Positions 60,468 through 64,000 of a stretch of DNA of 64,000 nt are shown here, in pieces. A program made the position numbers and the translations under genes. The notes below the pieces were generated by a model. That model ran no database searches and had not been told where the DNA came from. It worked only from the letters and a program-made list of their open reading frames with translations. The stretch lies in the NCBI GenBank assembly GCA_048887165.1, contig JBHLJZ010000003.1:30311-94310 (forward strand), written 5' to 3'. Every line of letters begins with the position of its first letter. The stretch's first letter is position 1. The stretch comes from Candidatus Hodarchaeota archaeon. GTDB lineage: Archaea; Asgardarchaeota; Lokiarchaeia; Sigyniarchaeales; SOKP01.

Positions 60468-61334
60468 ATGAATTTCAATTTACTAGGGAAAACTAATTTA
60501 AAAGTTAGTGAAATAGGTATAGGAACAGAGCATTTATTTTCTCAATCCATGAATACAGTAAAATCTGTTGTTCAGTGTGCTTTAGAAAATAAAATAAATT
60601 ACTTTGATGTGCTATTTTCTGTTCAGCATTATCTTATAAAACTAGCTTGTGCATTCAAAGGATATAGAGATCAATTAATTATTACAGGACACATTGGTAC
60701 AACTGAATTTGAAGGTAGAGTTAAAAGAAATCGGAGTGTTAAAGAAAGTAAAAAAGCATTTTTAAGGATATTATCAATCCTACAGACCAATTATGTTGAT
60801 ATTCTTAATATTCAATATGTAACAGCAAAAGAATATGATAAAGTTATAAATCCCGGTGGATTATTTGAATTGGCGACATCATTTAAAGAAGATGGGAAAG
60901 CTCGCTTCTTAAGTTTAAGCACTCATGACATACTAGTTGCTACGCAAGCCATTAAAAGTGGAAATTTTGATATGATAATGTTTCCTATTAATTTAGCGAA
61001 TCATGGATTAAAATGTAGAGAAGAATTATTAAAATTATGCTTAAAAAGTAAAATAGGTTTAGTTGCAATAAAGCCATTCGCAGGAGGAAAACTACTTGAT
61101 AAAAATAGAACCATTTATTTTGCAAAGCATCAAACTGGAGGCTTGACTTTTAAGAAAAAGATTCCTTCGGATATTACACCAAGTCATTGTATAAATTATG
61201 TTAATTCGATCCCTGAGGTTTCATTGGTTCTTATAGGAGTGAAGAATATTTATGAAATTAATGAAAATCTTAGTTATTTAACAATAAAAGCATGTGAAAT
61301 GGATTATTCATCCTACATACGAATTTTTCAATAA
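60468..61334 (+). CDS. Aldo/keto reductase family protein
   Basis: LGKTNLKVSEIGIG, INYFD, LSTH, IKPFAGG. Confidence 0.85.
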   Translation: MNFNLLGKTNLKVSEIGIGTEHLFSQSMNTVKSVVQCALENKINYFDVLFSVQHYLIKLACAFKGYRDQLIITGHIGTTEFEGRVKRNRSVKESKKAFLRILSILQTNYVDILNIQYVTAKEYDKVINPGGLFELATSFKEDGKARFLSLSTHDILVATQAIKSGNFDMIMFPINLANHGLKCREELLKLCLKSKIGLVAIKPFAGGKLLDKNRTIYFAKHQTGGLTFKKKIPSDITPSHCINYVNSIPEVSLVLIGVKNIYEINENLSYLTIKACEMDYSSYIRIFQ

Positions 61335-61342
61335 GAAAAAAA

Positions 61343-63316
61343 TTAAATAGCCCTATTCCAAACTTGCATTTTTGTCGGTCCCCGATTATTCCAAGAATAA
61401 TAAGGTATAGATATAAAATTTTGGTCCATTAAAGTGGTTCCTTGAATAGTATTAATGCCATCTAATAGATTTGATAAATAAGTTACTCTAAATTCTTGGT
61501 TTTTAGGGATAATGACTTTAAAAATATCAATATCTTTATTATCAATTTGTTCTAAGCAATATATCATTGGTCCATATGATAATACACTTCTGTTTCTATT
61601 TGTTTTTATCCTTAGATCACTATCTATTAATTTAGGTTTCATTAATAAATTCAATTCAATAAGATCTCCGTCTAACCAATTTCGTAAAATTTCGATATAT
61701 CTTCCTGGTGAAATCGAATTTTGGTATTTTTCTCCATTTATCATAAGATTTGTCTCGCTACACCAATTTGGAATTCTTAAAAATAATGAAAATTTTTGAT
61801 TTTTATCCAATTTCAAGGTTAATCTAACTTCTCCATTCCAAGGGAAGTTACTTTCTTGAATTATTTCAATCTTGTTCTCGTCTATTTGCATGTGTCCTTT
61901 GTTACCGATGTATTGATGAATCCAAATTCCTCTTTCAGATGTACTATAAATATATTTTCCAATTGAAGCAATGGTTCGAGCAAAATTAGGAGGACAACAC
62001 GGACATAAGAACCATTCTTTTCTGTTTTCCTTTTCGTTTGCTATTAAAGGATTAGAATACGAAAATCGTGTTCCATATAAAGATTGTCCTACTAGGAAAG
62101 CATTGTATAATAATTTTTCAATTAAATCTGAATATTTACTATTCCCAGTGATTTGTAGCATATTCCAATTCCACATTAAATTTCCTACTGCTGAGCAAGT
62201 TTCAGAATAGGCTTTATCATTTTTTAATTTAAAATCCCTTCCAAAGCCCTCAATACCTTTGATTGAACCTATTCCTCCAGTTATATACATCTTAGCTTTA
62301 TAAATCTTTTTCCAAACTTTTTTTAAAACGTTTAAAAGCGAAATATCACCCGTTTCAGAGTACAAATCCGACATTGCACAATAAAGATTCATTGCTCTTA
62401 CCGCATGTCCGACTGGTTCAAAGATATCACGAACTGGAATATTAAGCTGTTGAAACTTTCCATTTAAATTTGATAAAACAAATCTAAAGTTTTCTATAAG
62501 TGTTAAATCTGCATAAAAATTTTCAATTTCATCAAAATCATTTCGTTTGTTGATTTCTCCATCTGACTGCTCTCTTTTGAAATTAGCATTGATCTTGATT
62601 GCTTTTTTCAAGGTAAATACCATATTTAAATACTGACTAATGACTTTCCATTTCAAATTTTTATCAGTACCTCGTTTATTAACAAATTCTCTCGCAAGGT
62701 CTAAATATTTTCTGCTTTTAGTTACTCTGAATAATTCAATTAAAGCTAATTCAATTTCTTCATGACCGGGAATATTATTCCCATTTCTTCCAAGAAATAC
62801 TCTAACAATAAGGTTAGCAAATCTTACAGCTATGTTTAATAATACTTTAGAGCCAGTAGTTTCAAAATGAGCTATAGCTGCTTGTATAAGATGACCCGCA
62901 CAGTACAATTCATGCATATAATTGAGATTCGTAAATCGCTTTTGAATAAATTTAGTAGAATAAAACGTATTTATATATCCATCTTTCATTTGAGACTTTT
63001 CAATTAAATCAATAATTGAATTAACTTTTTCTTCTAAAATTTTATCATTATTTTGATGAAGGACAAAGCTAGCTGCTTCGAGCCATTTATATAAATCCGA
63101 GTCAAAATAAAATTCTCCAATATGTACCCCTTTTTTCACTCCAGCAGCTACTCGAAAATTATCAATATGGTGATCCTTCTCAAGCATCTTGAGTTGGTGG
63201 TAAATTGTAACTTCTCTGTTAATTTTTTGTCTTTTTAACCAAAAATCATCATTTATTTCTACTTGATAGAAAGGAACAGGTATGAGTTTGTTATAAGGGC
63301 GCTTACCATAAACCAT
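61343..63316 (-). CDS. Glycoside hydrolase family 127 (beta-L-arabinofuranosidase-like)
   Basis: DSDLYKWLEA, HELYCAGH, GHEE, GHAVR, YSETC, CPCCPPN, IPYYSWNNRG. Confidence 0.93.
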   Translation of the reverse strand: MVYGKRPYNKLIPVPFYQVEINDDFWLKRQKINREVTIYHQLKMLEKDHHIDNFRVAAGVKKGVHIGEFYFDSDLYKWLEAASFVLHQNNDKILEEKVNSIIDLIEKSQMKDGYINTFYSTKFIQKRFTNLNYMHELYCAGHLIQAAIAHFETTGSKVLLNIAVRFANLIVRVFLGRNGNNIPGHEEIELALIELFRVTKSRKYLDLAREFVNKRGTDKNLKWKVISQYLNMVFTLKKAIKINANFKREQSDGEINKRNDFDEIENFYADLTLIENFRFVLSNLNGKFQQLNIPVRDIFEPVGHAVRAMNLYCAMSDLYSETGDISLLNVLKKVWKKIYKAKMYITGGIGSIKGIEGFGRDFKLKNDKAYSETCSAVGNLMWNWNMLQITGNSKYSDLIEKLLYNAFLVGQSLYGTRFSYSNPLIANEKENRKEWFLCPCCPPNFARTIASIGKYIYSTSERGIWIHQYIGNKGHMQIDENKIEIIQESNFPWNGEVRLTLKLDKNQKFSLFLRIPNWCSETNLMINGEKYQNSISPGRYIEILRNWLDGDLIELNLLMKPKLIDSDLRIKTNRNRSVLSYGPMIYCLEQIDNKDIDIFKVIIPKNQEFRVTYLSNLLDGINTIQGTTLMDQNFISIPYYSWNNRGPTKMQVWNRAI

Positions 63317-63375
63317 AAAAAATTAAATTAATTATTAATAATTTAATTAACTGTTTTTATCTTTAAGTGTACTAT

Positions 63376-64000
63376 TTATATTCTCAATTTCTCCAATTTC
63401 TGCTCGTGTAAAAGACTAACTTGTTTTTTCATCTCTTTATATTCTTTTGTAATTCCATCTAGCGGATAAAACCATAATGAAATAAGTCCAAGTAAAATTG
63501 AAATAGCTGGAATCAATCCAATTAATAATTTAATCCCAAAAATGGCGCTAGCAGGTTGGAAATCTCCAATTGGTAAATCTTGAATATATCCTGTAAGAGA
63601 AAATACTAATCCAGATATTACTGCAGAAACAGATTGAGCCGGTTTAGTAATTAAGGCATTTATTCCAAAATAAGCACCTTCTCTCCGCTGACCTGTTTCT
63701 AATTCATCTTTATCAATAATATCACCTAATAAAGTAGGTACTAATAAAGTCTGGCCAGAATATCCTAAACCAAGTATGATAAATGAAAAATTAGCTAAAA
63801 TAATATTATTGGAAAACATGACCAATAAAAAACCTAAAATAACCAATATTGATAAAAAAAAAGTAGCTCTTTTGTTTCCTCTTCTTTTATTAAGCCATAA
63901 ACCTATTGGATATCCTACCAATGAAAACATAAGAAAAAGAAGTAATGGTATTGAAGCTAGTAAATTATCAGTTGAAATATTTAAAATATCTCCCATATAA
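63376..64000 (-). CDS. MFS transporter, GPH family (5' truncated by window)
   Basis: DIIDKDELETGQRREGAYFG, GIKLLIG; frame stays open to the window end. Confidence 0.85.
   Translation of the reverse strand, partial: YMGDILNISTDNLLASIPLLLFLMFSLVGYPIGLWLNKRRGNKRATFFLSILVILGFLLVMFSNNIILANFSFIILGLGYSGQTLLVPTLLGDIIDKDELETGQRREGAYFGINALITKPAQSVSAVISGLVFSLTGYIQDLPIGDFQPASAIFGIKLLIGLIPAISILLGLISLWFYPLDGITKEYKEMKKQVSLLHEQKLEKLRI

Noticed and set aside
1-64000. CRISPR arrays, tRNA/rRNA/SRP RNA, IS elements, integrases
   Set aside because: No regularly spaced repeats, GC-rich structured intergenic islands or transposase motifs seen by eye. Infernal/tRNAscan would be needed to exclude small RNAs.

Overview
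AT-rich, gene-dense archaeal chromosome segment, most likely from an Asgard archaeon (Lokiarchaeia/Promethearchaeota-like). The taxonomic call rests on archaeal core genes (pus10-rpl21e-rpo4-DUF655-ksgA-hemK2, rpl35ae, XPD, NurA, RecJ/GAN, beta-CASP RNase, DHQ synthase II), H4MPT/F420 C1 genes (ftr, mtd, mch, FrhB-like) and several eukaryotic signature proteins: Snf7-type ESCRT-III, two Rab-like GTPases, a Rag-like GTPase-Roadblock fusion, two Roadblock proteins, a presenilin very like the eukaryotic one, and a Loki-CTERM-like surface protein. Also present are glycine cleavage (gcvT/H/PA/PB), purine salvage, glycogen metabolism, amide hydrolases and transporters. I saw no rRNA, tRNA, CRISPR array or mobile element. 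Best leads: (1) a 699-aa Zn-finger/coiled-coil/PH-like/low-complexity/steadiness-box-like protein convergent with Snf7, a candidate non-canonical ESCRT-I-like adaptor; (2) an SDR-QueC fusion divergent from queD; (3) a deoxynucleoside-kinase-family protein ending in a PCNA PIP-box; (4) a degenerate FrhB; (5) in-frame abutting secernin paralogs; (6) a small acidic protein ending in an HbYX motif. All family calls come from motif recognition by eye. No database searches were run.
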